A stretch of DNA of 64,000 nucleotides from Rebecca billardiae RCC1528 (taxonomy: Eukaryota; Protista; Haptophyta). Made by a program: the position numbers and the translations under genes. The DNA lies in contig OZ251229.1 in assembly GCA_965240325.2 (NCBI GenBank), positions 1,178,001-1,242,000 of the forward strand, given 5' to 3'. The notes beneath the pieces are model-generated. The model ran no database searches. It saw nothing but the letters and a program-made list of their open reading frames with translations, and was not told the origin of the DNA. Shown here piece after piece: positions 10,994-22,823 of the stretch. How positions within the stretch are numbered: the first letter of the stretch is position 1; each line of letters opens with the position of its first letter.

Positions 10994-12449
10994 CTAGAGA
11001 GTGAGTTGCAGCCGCCGCTGCACGCCGGCAGCGGCAGCTTCACGACCACCTTCAGACGTTCGCTTGGTTCGTATACCGGTAGCGGTGCGGACAGCGCTAC
11101 AGCCTGCGTTGACAACTGCGCAGGGCACGCATCAAGCGCGCGCCCCTACTGTCTACTGAGCCTCGGACCGTGTAAGGCTGGTGGACGGCCGTAAATAAAC
11201 AGCTGCAGGCGAGGCCCGGGGCGCAGATCCAGTAGAGCAGCACTGATCTGCGCACCGCCGTCGAGAGTTGCAGCAGCAGGGGCAGGCAGCCAGGTGACAA
11301 CCGCGCAGGGCACGGCACGCATCAAGCGCGTGCTCCCACTGGCCTCGGGCTGTAGGGCTGGTGGACGGCCGTAAACACTTGCAGGCGACGCCCGGTGCGC
11401 AGATCCAGTCGAGCAACACTGATCTGCGCGCCGCCGCCGAGAGTTGCAGCAGCAGGGGCAGGCAGCCAGGTGCCAGCCGCGCAGGGCACGGCACGCATCA
11501 AAACAGTTACAGGCGAGGCCCGGTGCGCAGATCCAGTCGAGCAACGCCGTCGCAACACGGACCGGCGCGCCACTCCGTCCGGAGGAGAGATGTAGAGAGT
11601 TGCAACCGCCGGGGCAGGTGACAACCGCGCAGGACACGCGTCAAGCGTGCGCCTCCTGAGCACCGGACATGAGAGCGGCCGTTATCAGTTGCAGGCGACG
11701 CCCGTCGTGCGGATCACTCGATCACTCGTCGAGCCGTCGGATCAATCGTCGAGCGTTACAGATCGGTCATCGGCCGCACGGTCGCGAGGTGCAGGCGAGG
11801 TGCAGGTGGAGGGCGGCCGTCGACAGTTGCAGGCGACAGGGCGTGAGCATCCTGCTCACACATCACCCCGACGGTCCACACCCTCGGTCGCAGCCCCGCG
11901 GCGCCCGCGGTGGCATCTCGACCTCCCGTCACGGCGGTCAGCCTGGCCCGAGCGGGCCCCTCTACTTGACGAGCGAGTATCATCCGGCGGTTGCTGTTCA
12001 AATGAGCCGCCTAACTTGAGTCGCGTCGACAAGTGTGCACGTTAAAACATAGTAAACTCTAATCGATCGACGGACCCTGATTGGCCCTCCATGTTTCGTC
12101 GAGAAGAATTTTCCTTCGGACGAACGGCAACTCGAGCGGAAAACATAATACATCGCGCAGCCATCACTCGACAAAAGCGTACTCCGAATCTTTTCTTTCG
12201 AGGCCACTACGTGCGAGGACTGTCCCAACTGCAGGCACAGTGGGTAAAACTCGTCGAAACGATTGTTTGGCAAGTAAAACCCGGCGAACCGATGGTTTTT
12301 CGGAGTAACATCCGTCGAACCGTTGGTTTAGCGAGTAAAAACAGCCGAACCGATGGTTTTTCATAGAGAAAACTCCGAATTGTGGGCATTTTCGTAACTA
12401 ACCCGACATCTGTGCCGCGGATCCACTTTACACGATTAAGTAGAGTAGA
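10994..12449 (-). mobile_element. Non-autonomous Helitron, copy 1
   Basis: Minus strand 5'-TC...CTAG-3' with hairpin TGCAGC-GGCG-GCTGCA 9 nt before CTAG; inserted between A and T with no TSD; the empty site (GTACA|TATGACTGC) is present in neighbouring array units. Confidence 0.92.
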
Positions 12450-15400
12450 TACGACTGCTGGTTCAAGACCGAGCCCGGACCGTCGGTGCAGATGGCCGGC
12501 GTGCGGCCGCGCGGCCGCGCGCCGGCCCCAAAAGACTCCGCCCACCCGCCCCGCCCCGCCCCCCCATCTCCACCTAAACCTAGGCGTCCGCCGCCTTCAC
12601 CGCCTCGCCCAGCGCCGCCTGCACCTTCGCCGGCTCCCCCGCCTGCTCGCCGGTCGTCGCCCGCAGCGCCGCGCGCTGCTGCTCGAGCTGCTCCGCGCGC
12701 GCGCGCTCCGCGCCCTTCCGCGCGCCCGCCTGCCGCCTCGTCCGCTGCTCGAGTTGCTCGAGGCGTGCTCGGCACTGCCGTTGCCGCGCACCGCGGCGAG
12801 CGCGATCTCCTCCGTCTGCTGGACCGCGTCGGCCGCGCGCCACGCGGCCGCGGCCAGGTCCTCCTGATGCGCCGCGCGCTCGCACTCCCAGCGCTTGCGC
12901 TCGTCCTCCAGCTCGCGCGTCGCGCCGAGCTCGCGCTCGGCGGCCGCCGCGAGTTGCGTCTGGGCCAGTTGGAGCGGCCGCTATCCCTCGCCACCGATGC
13001 GCTCGACTCCATCGGAGGTCCTTGGCGGCTGCAGCTCGGGCGGCGGCTGCCGCTGCGCGCGCACGCGCACGCGCCCGCGTGCCTCCCCGTCAGTCTCCGA
13101 GCCCGAGCCAACACCCTCTCTTGCCAGTAACTGGCCGCGCGCGAGACCCCGCTGCTCGGGTGCGGCGCCAGCCGGGCCGTACGCACCCGCACTCGACGGC
13201 GTCGAGCGCGGGGTGCTGCACGCAGTAGCCGCCAGGCGCTGGCGGCGGGACGCGGCGCGGCGCCGAGCGCGACCGGCGGTGTCCGCTGCAGCGCGCGCAC
13301 GCGAACGCCTCGCGCGTGACGCCGGCGTCTCGAAGCGCGCGGCGCATCTCTCCGCCTGCGTCTGCGCCACGCCGGGCGGCGCCTTCCGCTTGCGGCTTGC
13401 CTCGACCTCGGTGAGCTGCTCCAGGTGCTCGTGGGTGCGTGTCCATCTCATCGTGTAGAGCTCGCCGTGCGCGTCGTGGCGGCTGTCGAGCTCTCGGCGG
13501 TTGGTCGCACTGGAGGTGTCCGTGGAAACGTGAGACAGCGCGACCCGCTGCGAGCAGCTCCTCACCCTCCAGAGGTGCGCCTCGATCTCGCGATCGCTCT
13601 CGCTCGGCCTGGAGCCGCGGACGCGCTGCACGACGTTGCCGAGCACGCGCGCGGACGGGAGGTCGAGCTCCTCGGGCGGGCTGGCGCGCGCAGCAGATGC
13701 CGAAGGTGATGCCAAATCTCGCCAGCACGTGCCGCGCGCATTCTCGATCACGTGGGTGCCACACGCGACAGCCTCTGCCGAGATGCCACGATCGGAAGCG
13801 CAGGCCAAGCGCGCGCTCCCGGCCGGCGCGATGACTGTGCGGCACTCGGAAGGAGAGCCACACGAGAAGGGCTGCCGCACGTCATCCACGTACGGCTATC
13901 AGAGCACCTTGGGCGGCTGTCCGAGCTCGTTCGCGCCCGTGGTCCTCCCTGGCTGTGGGGTGTGTTGCACGTCTCGACCCAGAGGCACGGCTCGTGTACT
14001 CGTCGCTCTAGATGCCACGTTCAAAGTTCGGAACGCGACGGCGCTTGGAGTCCTGGGATACCCGCTCCTCCCGCCCGTGCGGACTCACCGCCATAGCGAC
14101 GGGGCGGGACGTGGCGCCGCACGGCGCCGCGGAGGGCGTGGGCGCCGACGCCGTCACCCTCCGGAGGGGCGTCCTCCGTCCAAATTTCGACGTCGAATCC
14201 GGTGCTCACCAAGTATTATAAAGTAGCCAATCCGGATGCCAGCTGGCGACCGGTGGGTGCAGTACAGCAACGATGGCGGCCCGCCGGTGCGTCGCGATCG
14301 TGGGAGCTTCAAGGCTCGCCAAGGCTGGCCCGTGAGTGGCGGAGACACTGACCACCGGCGAGCCCCTGCGCAGTGCGCGCTTAGCAACGCGCTTACAAGA
14401 GCTCGCGTGTCCATCCCCTCCGGGCACGCTGCTCCGTCTGGATATCGGGTGACCAACGCGGCGTCCGCCTGATGACCCTCGTGCGCAGGACGGCGACAAC
14501 TGGTGAGCTGCTAAGCTGCTCGGCGGTGGCGAAGGCAGCAGTCGAGCTGCCGATCAAAGGTCGACGCGCGCGTGCCTGTGCATGCGATGCGCGGGGCAAC
14601 GCGCGCCATCGCATCGCCCGTCGCCGTCGGCCATGCAGCTGCTGCCGGCCGGCTGACATGACGGCGCGGCGTGAGCCCAGCGGCTGCTGCGTCGAGTACC
14701 ACGCGGGTGTCAAGGGGTGGCAGGCGGCGTCGTCACGGCGTACGCTGCGTGTGCTGCTCTCGCTTACCGTGGCTTGGTCGGCTGCTCAGCCAGCGCGTGC
14801 CTGTGGCCGATGCTGCGTGGGCAACGGCGCTCCCCCAGCCCGGGACAGGCTGCGCGCGGGCTGGCGGGCAGCCAGCCTGTAGCCGATGTACACGCGGCCG
14901 CACGCTGGCATGGCCGAGGGCACGCGGCGGCGTGGTGTCGACATCGAGCCGGGGGCCGCCGGCCGCGCTCGCACGCGTCGCGCACTCGCCCGCCGCCGCT
15001 GGGTTTGGGCGCGCTCGCGGGGAGGGCGCTCAGCAGGCATTGGTCACACGCCCTGCCGCCTCTGCCTGCCTGGCGCTTGCGGACGCGCCTTGCGGCAGCC
15101 CGGCGGCCACCGTCCGCGCCAGCGGCTCCGATCTGGTGGAAGCTGCCGTGCAGGCGGGCGGCTGCAGGCTCTCCCGATTGGAGCATGCGCTGTCGAGTCT
15201 GCCCGAGCCGACGGCGGACACGCCAGCAGGTGCTGTGTCCGTGTGCCCTCACGGCCGGCGCTCGACTCCGCGCGGCGTGCAGCGGCAGCGGGAGGGGTGG
15301 TGCCCCCGGCGGGCGGCGGTGGTCGATGCAGCTGCCGGCGCGATGGTGCAAGCCAGCTCGGCAGACGCACCGGCCGCGGCGCCGCCACTGGACCCACCCA

Positions 15401-16050
15401 TCACGCTCGCGCCGCTGCCACCCCACGCACTGGGCTGCGCCAGCGCCCAGCCGAGCCTGAGCGGCAGCTGTCGCTCGACGTGACGACAGTCGACTCGGCG
15501 CCGCGTGAGTGGCGGTAGCAGTGTCCGTGATGGTGCCACGACTGGTGGCGGCGAGCGGGCGGTGCGGCGGTGCCCGGCGGGCTGCTTGGCACTACACACT
15601 ACTCGGTCGCTCCGGGCCGACGGCATGCGCGTGCTCGACGGTCGTCGCTATTGAAGCGGCAACACAGTACCACGACTCACGAGTCAACGAGTGCCAGTGC
15701 GGGCAGTGCGGCGAGGATTAATTCCTGAAGGCTGAATGAAGTACTGATGCTGCTGATGAATATTATATATATAATTATGATAATTGAACAATATACTAAT
15801 ATTGGCGGCGGTCAGCCCACCTGCATCTGACGACGATGAAGGGCGAGATGACACGAACTGTGACCGGGCAGGGGCGGCGCCGGGCTCGGCCGCTCGGCGC
15901 GAGTCGATCGACTGGCAGGTTCCACGGGACGGCGAACGTGAGCCGAATGAGTAGTGACTGTCGTCAGCTGTCAGCGCGCAGCACAATCGGGCGCGCGGGC
16001 CGGTCGGTCGGGGCCAGGGGGGAAGAGCCTGATGGCGTCGAGTCGTGCGG

Positions 16051-16866
16051 TCAGTGGGGCCACACAGCACGTGCAAAGGCCACTCGCGCGGCGTCGTCCA
16101 GATGAAGCACGGGGGGGCCCCGCGCCGAGTGTAGCGCAGTCAGGATGCGGTGGCGGTCGCGCTCGTCGACGGTAGACAGCCCGCGGCCGTACACGCGCAC
16201 GCGTCGCACGGGTCGCGTGAGCAGGTAGATCTGCTTGAATCGAATGGCGTGCCGGAAGTACCCCCGCGGGTCGTGGGCGCGGTCCACGCCCGCCACAACG
16301 CCAACTGCCACGATGCTGCCTTGGACCGGCGCCGCGCCTTCGAGCTGGAAGAGCCGCCGCTGGCCGTGCTCGGCGGCGACATCGTTGAGCGCTCGCCGCA
16401 CCTCCGTGCACAGGCGTGCATGCGCGTACGCCGTGCCCGCGCGAATGGCGATCGCGCAGTCCGCCAGCCCAGCCTCGTACCAGCGCACGCTCTCGGGCTT
16501 CCACCCGAGCGCCACACACTGGACGGAGGGCGCGTGCACCGTCACGAGCCGCATGCTGCCACGCGCCAGCTCCGGTGGCGGGTCTGGGCGCGGCGCGGGC
16601 CCGCGGCGCGGGCCCGAGATCAGACGGCGGTATGCCCTGGGCGCCTGCGGGCGAGGCGCGCGCCTGGACCCGTGAGCGTCTCGCTGGTGCGCGAGCAGCG
16701 CCGGGCGGCCCACGAGGACAGTTGCGCAGCACACGTACGGGTGGTGCCGCATGTCGAAGTGGTCGCTGAGGGAGGACGCGTCCCTGGCGAGCGCGCCGCA
16801 GACGAGGCAGCGGACGGACGGGTCCGCCCCGAGCACGGTGGGCTCGCCGCACGGCCAGCAGATCAT
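16051..16866 (-). CDS. C2H2 zinc-finger plus ASCH (PUA-like) domain protein
   Basis: ATG-initiated 271 aa; CLVC-x12-HFDMRH and a second His-pair finger; then LVTVHAP...LGWKPESVRW...IAIRAG...GSIVAVG...LTRP....YGRGL matching the ASCH pattern. Confidence 0.65.
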   Translation of the reverse strand: MICWPCGEPTVLGADPSVRCLVCGALARDASSLSDHFDMRHHPYVCCATVLVGRPALLAHQRDAHGSRRAPRPQAPRAYRRLISGPRRGPAPRPDPPPELARGSMRLVTVHAPSVQCVALGWKPESVRWYEAGLADCAIAIRAGTAYAHARLCTEVRRALNDVAAEHGQRRLFQLEGAAPVQGSIVAVGVVAGVDRAHDPRGYFRHAIRFKQIYLLTRPVRRVRVYGRGLSTVDERDRHRILTALHSARGPPVLHLDDAARVAFARAVWPH

Positions 16867-16964
16867 CGCCGCCGTCGCGCTCGCCGCCCCGCCCGCGCGA
16901 CGGCTTCGTTTTACGATGGAGCTCGAAGGGATAATTTACTGACCTTTAATAATTGAACCACGTC

Positions 16965-17066
16965 CTCTGCCACCAACGCCGACTTCGTGTCGACGATCGG
17001 GCACTGCCGCCGACGAATAATCAGGAGACCCGCGTCGTCCTACCTGTGTCGTTAAATCATAGAATG
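16965..17066 (+). mobile_element. Family X terminal fragment (fixed end ...TTAAATCATAGAAT)
   Basis: Near-identical inverted copy at 35734-35832. Confidence 0.75.
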
Positions 17067-18299
17067 AGTCCGTTAATGGCGAGCATAGAACCCAAGGATT
17101 CCTTTGCTATAGGTGCATTCAACCATAATACCCAAGGGAGTTACTGATCCGCCCCACCCGGGGAGCCTCCACTCGGAGCCGAAAACGCGACGACCAAGCC
17201 GTAAAGTAGTACGACGTACTACTCTTATTCTTAGTAAACTGTAGGTTGGCTCGACTTTTGCGAATTAGGCGGCATCATCACATACGGCGCTCCCTCTCGT
17301 TGGTCGGCGAGTCGCCACTCTGAACGACCTTGGAATAATACTCGGCTATCTGACGACGCGCTCTTCTCTCTAATTAACCAAGTGTGCACGTTAAAACATA
17401 GTAAACTGTATGCGTGATTCCTTTGGCGTGGTCTGAAGCGGTGGCTCCAGATCCAAGGATTAGCGAAAGTGCGAAACTCGGAAAATGAGAGGAAATTATT
17501 CAACACCCGCCGCGTGCGGCGTGCGCCGCCGCCGGCCGCGTGCTCCGCCGCAGCCATCCGCCGCGAGGCGCCGCCCGCTGCCGCGCCACCGCGGCCGCGG
17601 ATGTGCGCACGCGGGGATGGCGCACGCGGTCGGGCAGAGGCGCAGCACCCTTCTACGCCGCCCTGCGCCGCGCGACTCGCGTCTGCCCATCTTCTCCGCG
17701 CCTTGAGCCCGCACGGACGTGTGCGCCGCCTCTCACCTCAGCCGCCTGTTGTCGTCCCCACAAAGTATGCGCGCGCTGAGCGGAACCCGAGGCGCGCATC
17801 CCAGAAAGGCGCGAGCCATGTTACGGTACGGTCGTAGGCGCGTGCCATGGTGCCCAGCGGCTTCACGCGCGTGCGTGCCTCTCTGCTGCTCCCGGCAGGC
17901 AAGGCGCCCATGTCTCTGGCCGAATGTGGCGGCGGCGCGAGCCCGCGCTCGCTGGCCTGCAGCTGACCGTCGCGGTGCGAGGGCGCGAAGCGCTGGGCCA
18001 CGCGCAAGCTACGGTAGCTCGTCGCCTCGCTACCGCCCCGCCGCGTCCGAGCGGAAGCTCTACTGGACATCGCGCGGCCTCGTCCTGGCGGCACCGCGAT
18101 GGGCGCGAGTGACGCAGCGAGGTCGGGCGGCGGCGCGGCGCGCGGAGGAGTCCGGGGAGCCCGGCCCCAGCGTGCGCCAACCGGTCGTGACTCGTTAACT
18201 GTCCCGGTCAGTGGGAGCTACAGTTTACTAGGAACATGAGACACACACGGTCAGGCTGCAGGCGACCCACTGACAGCTATAATATCGAAGTTTCGAACG

Positions 18300-19890
18300 G
18301 TGCGGTGGAGTTCACCAGCAGCGGTACAGTACACGTACAGTACAGCCAGTGGCCGCTCGGCGCCTCGGCCAGCGCAGCGACGTGCGGGGACGTCGACAGA
18401 GGCGCACGTCAGCTGGAGGCGCGCACGCCACGCCGTCTCGACGCACGCGGGCACGTCCACCCGCTGGACCGGCTCGTCTCACGGCAGTCGGCCGCGCACG
18501 TGCCGAGGCCGAGCGCAGCCGGCCGCCTGCCGCACGCGTACGCGCTGCCGTCCGCACGCGCAAGCGGCGAGTGGGCCACGCCCGTGGCACAGCGCACCAC
18601 GCGTGCGTGGTCGAGGTCGCTCACGCGCGCGGGAGCCTCCGCGGCGTCTCGGGCGTGCCCCAGCCCCAGCTCGGCGCAGCGGCTGTCCGGCCCCCGGAAA
18701 CGCGTGCACGCTGCCGTCCGCGCACAGCACCGCGCGCGGCCCCAGCCGCCGACGCACGCGCGCCCGGCTAGCACACCCGCGAGCGCCTCGACGCGACTGG
18801 GCTTGCGCGGGCGGGCAGGGTCGCCGTGCCCGAGCTGCCCGTGAAGCCCGCCCCTCCGAACGAGTGCGCGCCACCCACCCTCCACGCCCACCCCCCAGGC
18901 TGCGCGTGCGTGTGGCCCGCGCCCGCGCGCACGGCGCGCGCGCCCGCGGGCGCCTCGATGCGGGACCGTCGCGCCAAGCCTGCACGTCGCCGTGGCCGAG
19001 ACGGCCGGCCGCGCCCCGTCCGCACGCGTACACGGCACCGCGCGCGGTCGGTTAGCCGCGTGCTCTCCTCGCCCGCGGCCACCCCGCCCACGCGCACGCC
19101 GCCCGGCGCCCCGACGCGCGCCGGCCCCCAGCCCGCCCTCCGCGCCTCCGCGGCCGAGCCGGCCGCGGCAGCTGTCGCCCCAGCTGCACACGGCGCCACC
19201 CGCTCCCCGCGCGCGAGGCTGCCCTTCTCCTCCTCCCCACAGCCGACCGAGATGCGCACGACGCGCGCACCTGGCGTGGCGTCGACCAGAGCAAGCGACT
19301 GCCGCACCCGCCCGTCGCCCATCCCCACGTGGCCTCGCCGGGGGCCGCCGCAGCCGTGCACGGCGCCGGCCTCGCTCGGCGCGAGCAGGTGGCCCCCGCC
19401 AGCCGCCACGGAGCGCACGCGCACTGCGCTGGGCGAGGCGACGCGCGCCGGCTGCAACACCACGGGCACGCCGGGGCGACCCAAACGCGGCGTGTGCGCG
19501 AGAGTCGCACGTCGGCAGCTGTCCTCGTCCCACCCCACCTCCCCGCCGCGCGCGTGCGACCCGCCCCCCGCGTCCGCGAGCGCGCTGAGGCCAACGCCGC
19601 ACGCGACCGGGGATGCCTGCGCGCACGCCGGCTTAGGTGCTGTCGCTCACGCACGCGCTGCCCCTCCGTCCACGTGCGCACGCCGGAGGGCAGCGTCGCC
19701 GGGCGCGCGCGCGGTCGCGCGCGCGCTCGCGCGCGGCGCGCGCTCGATTGGCGAGCACCCGCCAGGCGGCGCGGCGCGGGAGAGGCGCGAGGCGGCGTCC
19801 AGGCTGGCGATGCCGCGCAGCCGCAGGAGTGGTACGACGCGGTCAAGGCAACCCTGACGGCAGGTCGACGAGCGCGTGCGTCGGGTTGTT
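18300..19890 (-). pseudogene. Degraded F-box + RCC1-repeat gene, paralog of the 3' part of 57306-61223
   Basis: Frameshifted pieces SPIERA, GVRTWTE, VRSVAAGGGHLLAPSEAGAVHGCG, GQLGHGD, ADGSVHAF and ELGLG, collinear with the intact paralog; boundaries approximate. Confidence 0.8.
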
Positions 19891-20957
19891 GCGTGCCGCC
19901 ATCTCGCCGCGGTGACTCTCGCCATCGCCGGCGGCGGCGGCCGGACGACCGGACACGACCGACTTCAGAATGGTCCGGGCTCCTGAGCGACTGTCAATCT
20001 GACCATCTCTGATTGATCAGATTCACAGTCACGCGTCGTCACTTCCGGTCAGTCATCTCAGTCAGGCCAACTAACTAAGTATCAGCACTGCATCCGGATA
20101 CGGTACAATGGGTTACGGTCCGGAAGTGTTGGGGTCCAACCCGTCGCGATGGCGCCCGCGCGGCGCACGGGTGGCCGGGGGAGGGTTGGTTCTTCTGTCG
20201 GTGCGACCTGGGCGAGGTAGACGACGGACCCGATGGGCGGCCGTCCGAGGATGAGCTTGGCCTCGCTCGACCTCGACGACCTGTCCGGCGGTCGCGATGC
20301 CCTCCGCGATGGCGTCAACTGCGACGGGCGAGGGGCCTGCGTCGAGACGCCACCCGGCTCAAAGCCCGCGCGCGACGCCGGCCGGGGGTGGGATACGTGT
20401 GCGTCCGGACCAACGCCCGGCCGGGGCGACGCCGGCGAAGGCGAGGTCGACGCGCGTGCGCGCGCCGAGCGCGCCAGCACGCCGGCGCGCCGCGCGACCG
20501 CCAGGCGCGCGCGCGGTGGCCACGCGCAGCGGGCCCGCCCGGGGAGAGCGCCAGCCCGAGGGCGAGGGGCACCAGCAGGCCATCCGACGGGGCCGGGCCG
20601 GCGGGCGGGGGAAGGCCAGCGGCGGGCGGCGTTTTTTGACGACCGGGGCGTGCCGGCGGCGCCTGGCGCGCGGGGCGTGGCTGCCCGCCCCGGCCTGAGA
20701 GCACCCGCCGGGGAGGCGGCCGACAGTGGCCGCCGCACGGCCGCCGCCGCCGTCGCCGCCGCCGCCGCCGCCGGTGGCGGCGAGGTGCGTAGCCGCATTG
20801 CCTCCGTGCCGACGGCGGCAGACGCGTGCGCCAGCGCCGAGCCCTCGCCTGCGCACGCCGCGGGTGCGTGCGAGCAGCGGGCGGCGAAGGCGGCTGCCGA
20901 GGTGCGGCCGCGGCCGCCGCCGCCGCCGCCTTTGCGCGGTGCGCCGCCGCCGCCGCG

Positions 20958-20988
<31 letters not shown>

Positions 20989-22823
20989 GGCGGCGGCGGC
21001 GCGCCGCGCGGCCGCGCTCAGCTCGTGCGCGCGCGCGAGGCGCGGCGAGCGCGGCCGCGGCATCGCCGACGGCTCCACCGAGCCGGGCGCCGCCGGCGGC
21101 GGCACGGCGCCAGCCGGCGCCGGCCGGCTCGGGCGCGCGCGTGCGCACGGGCGAGGGCGGCACACGAGCGTCGCACCGGCTGGCGCCGCGGGCGGGGCCG
21201 TCGGAGCGCGGTGCAGATGGCGTCGGGCCGTGGTGGCGCGCGTGGAGCTGGGTGGGTTGCGGTCGCGAGGCCGAGCCCGGCGCCGCCTAGGCTCCCTCGC
21301 GCTGCCCCTTCCCCGGCTGCGCGCACGGCGCACGGCCCGCCGCGCGTGAGCACGGCGAGCTCACCATCAGAGGGCGCGATGCCCGCCGAGCGGCCAGGCG
21401 AACGCGAGCCGGACCGCGCCCGCGGCGGTGTCGGCGCGCTTTGATACCCGCGCGTTCGTGCAGTCGCAGTGGCGGCGTCGCGCACGACGCCCGTCGTGGG
21501 CGGCGCCGACCTGACAGCGCCCACGCGTGCCGCCGGGCCCAATGCGAAGCAGCGCAGCCCGCGCGAGGCAGCACGGGCGGCGCGACGCCGAGGGCGGCGA
21601 GGGCCTCCGCGAGCGCTTCCGCGAGCGCTTCCGCGAGCGTGATGCACGCGCGAGCCCACCGCCAGACGGTGGCCGAGAAGCACAGGGGCTGCCCGAAGCA
21701 CACACGCCATCGGGGTAGCGGTCAGCGCCGGACCGTACCGGTGGTGGAGCCGCCGCGGCGGCAGCCCGGTGCCAGCCCGGTCGGCAGGTGCCTGCCCAGA
21801 CCCGACCGTGGCGTGCGCGCACGCCGTCGCCGCCCGGCCATGCACGCAGCGCCCGTTCCCTCCCGACCACGCCGAGGGTGGCGCGCGCGCGGTCGGGCTA
21901 CGGCGCGGCAGGGCGGGCCCGCGTGGGGCGAGTGGCGCGCGCCGTCAGCCGGCGTGCGCGCTGCTCACCCCAGCCGCGGCGAACTGAGTGGTGTGGGTCG
22001 TCAGTCGGCGCAGGAGGGCGCCGAGTGCTCGCCCGCAATAGCCTGTGCACAAGCGCAGGCGCCGCGGGCACACTCCGCGCCCGCCGCGCCGGGCCCCGTG
22101 CGCTCGCCCCGCCGGCGGCGCGCGCGCCCGCGCGCCGCCATCCTGTGGGCGGAGCTCGTACAGTTTACTATGTTTTAACGTGCACTTGGTTTTAAGGCGT
22201 GATTATTCTGGAGCGCGGCAACTCCAATGCGGGTTCAAAGGGGCCCGGAACTTGGTTTGAAGGCCCGGATGTGCCGGCGGCGGGTCCTTTGGCGCGAAAA
22301 TGTGGAAGCGACCGAAGGCCACGAAGCGAGTTCGTGCCTACCTGCACCATAGTCGCCCGCGAATCGCCCGTGATGTATTCGTAGCAGGGATATCTCCTCG
22401 GAAGCTTCTTGTAACCCCGCACGCCAGAAATTGGCGCGAGGGTCGGGTGTCGATCGAAGGTTGCGATGAACCAATCGGGTAGCTGAGGCGCGCCACTGGT
22501 CGACACACTCGCGAGCGGCAACCGCCTCCCGCGTGCGTCGAGCAAGGTGCGTGCGCGTGCATGCACCCGCGCTCGCGCCGCCGTGCGCTCGCGGCGCGCG
22601 CCGCTGCGCGCGGCGCGCTCGTCGCCACGCTCACACCGCGCGCGACCCGCGCGCCGCCGCCGCCCGCCGCGCGCCGCCGCCCGCCGCCTCGCGCAGCCGC
22701 CGCGCGCAACCGCGCGCGCGCGCCAGCCCGACCGACAGCGCACGCGCGGCCGCGCGCGCAGACGAGGCCGGCCCCGACGCCCTCGGCCGAGCTCCGGCGC
22801 CCGACGCGCAGCCCACGGCGACG

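Noticed and set aside
8123-11194. Repeated ORFs inside the tandem array
   Set aside because: By-products of a GC-rich repeat; frames change with small indels between units and there is no coding bias
12575-15700. Possible coiled-coil or other genes; also ORFs at 20233-21444, 47580-49118 and 53000-54500
   Set aside because: No recognisable motifs and frames are fragmented; long ORFs arise by chance at this GC level
17046-17066. Integron attC/attI core site (GTTAAAT fits GTTRRRY)
   Set aside because: No inverse core, no cassette structure and no integrase; the other subfamily reads TTTAAAT
17376-22192. A single 4.8-kb TIR element bounded by the inverted Y motifs
   Set aside because: No TSD is seen, and the same motif occurs alone as a 28-bp insertion at 12031; kept only as an alternative
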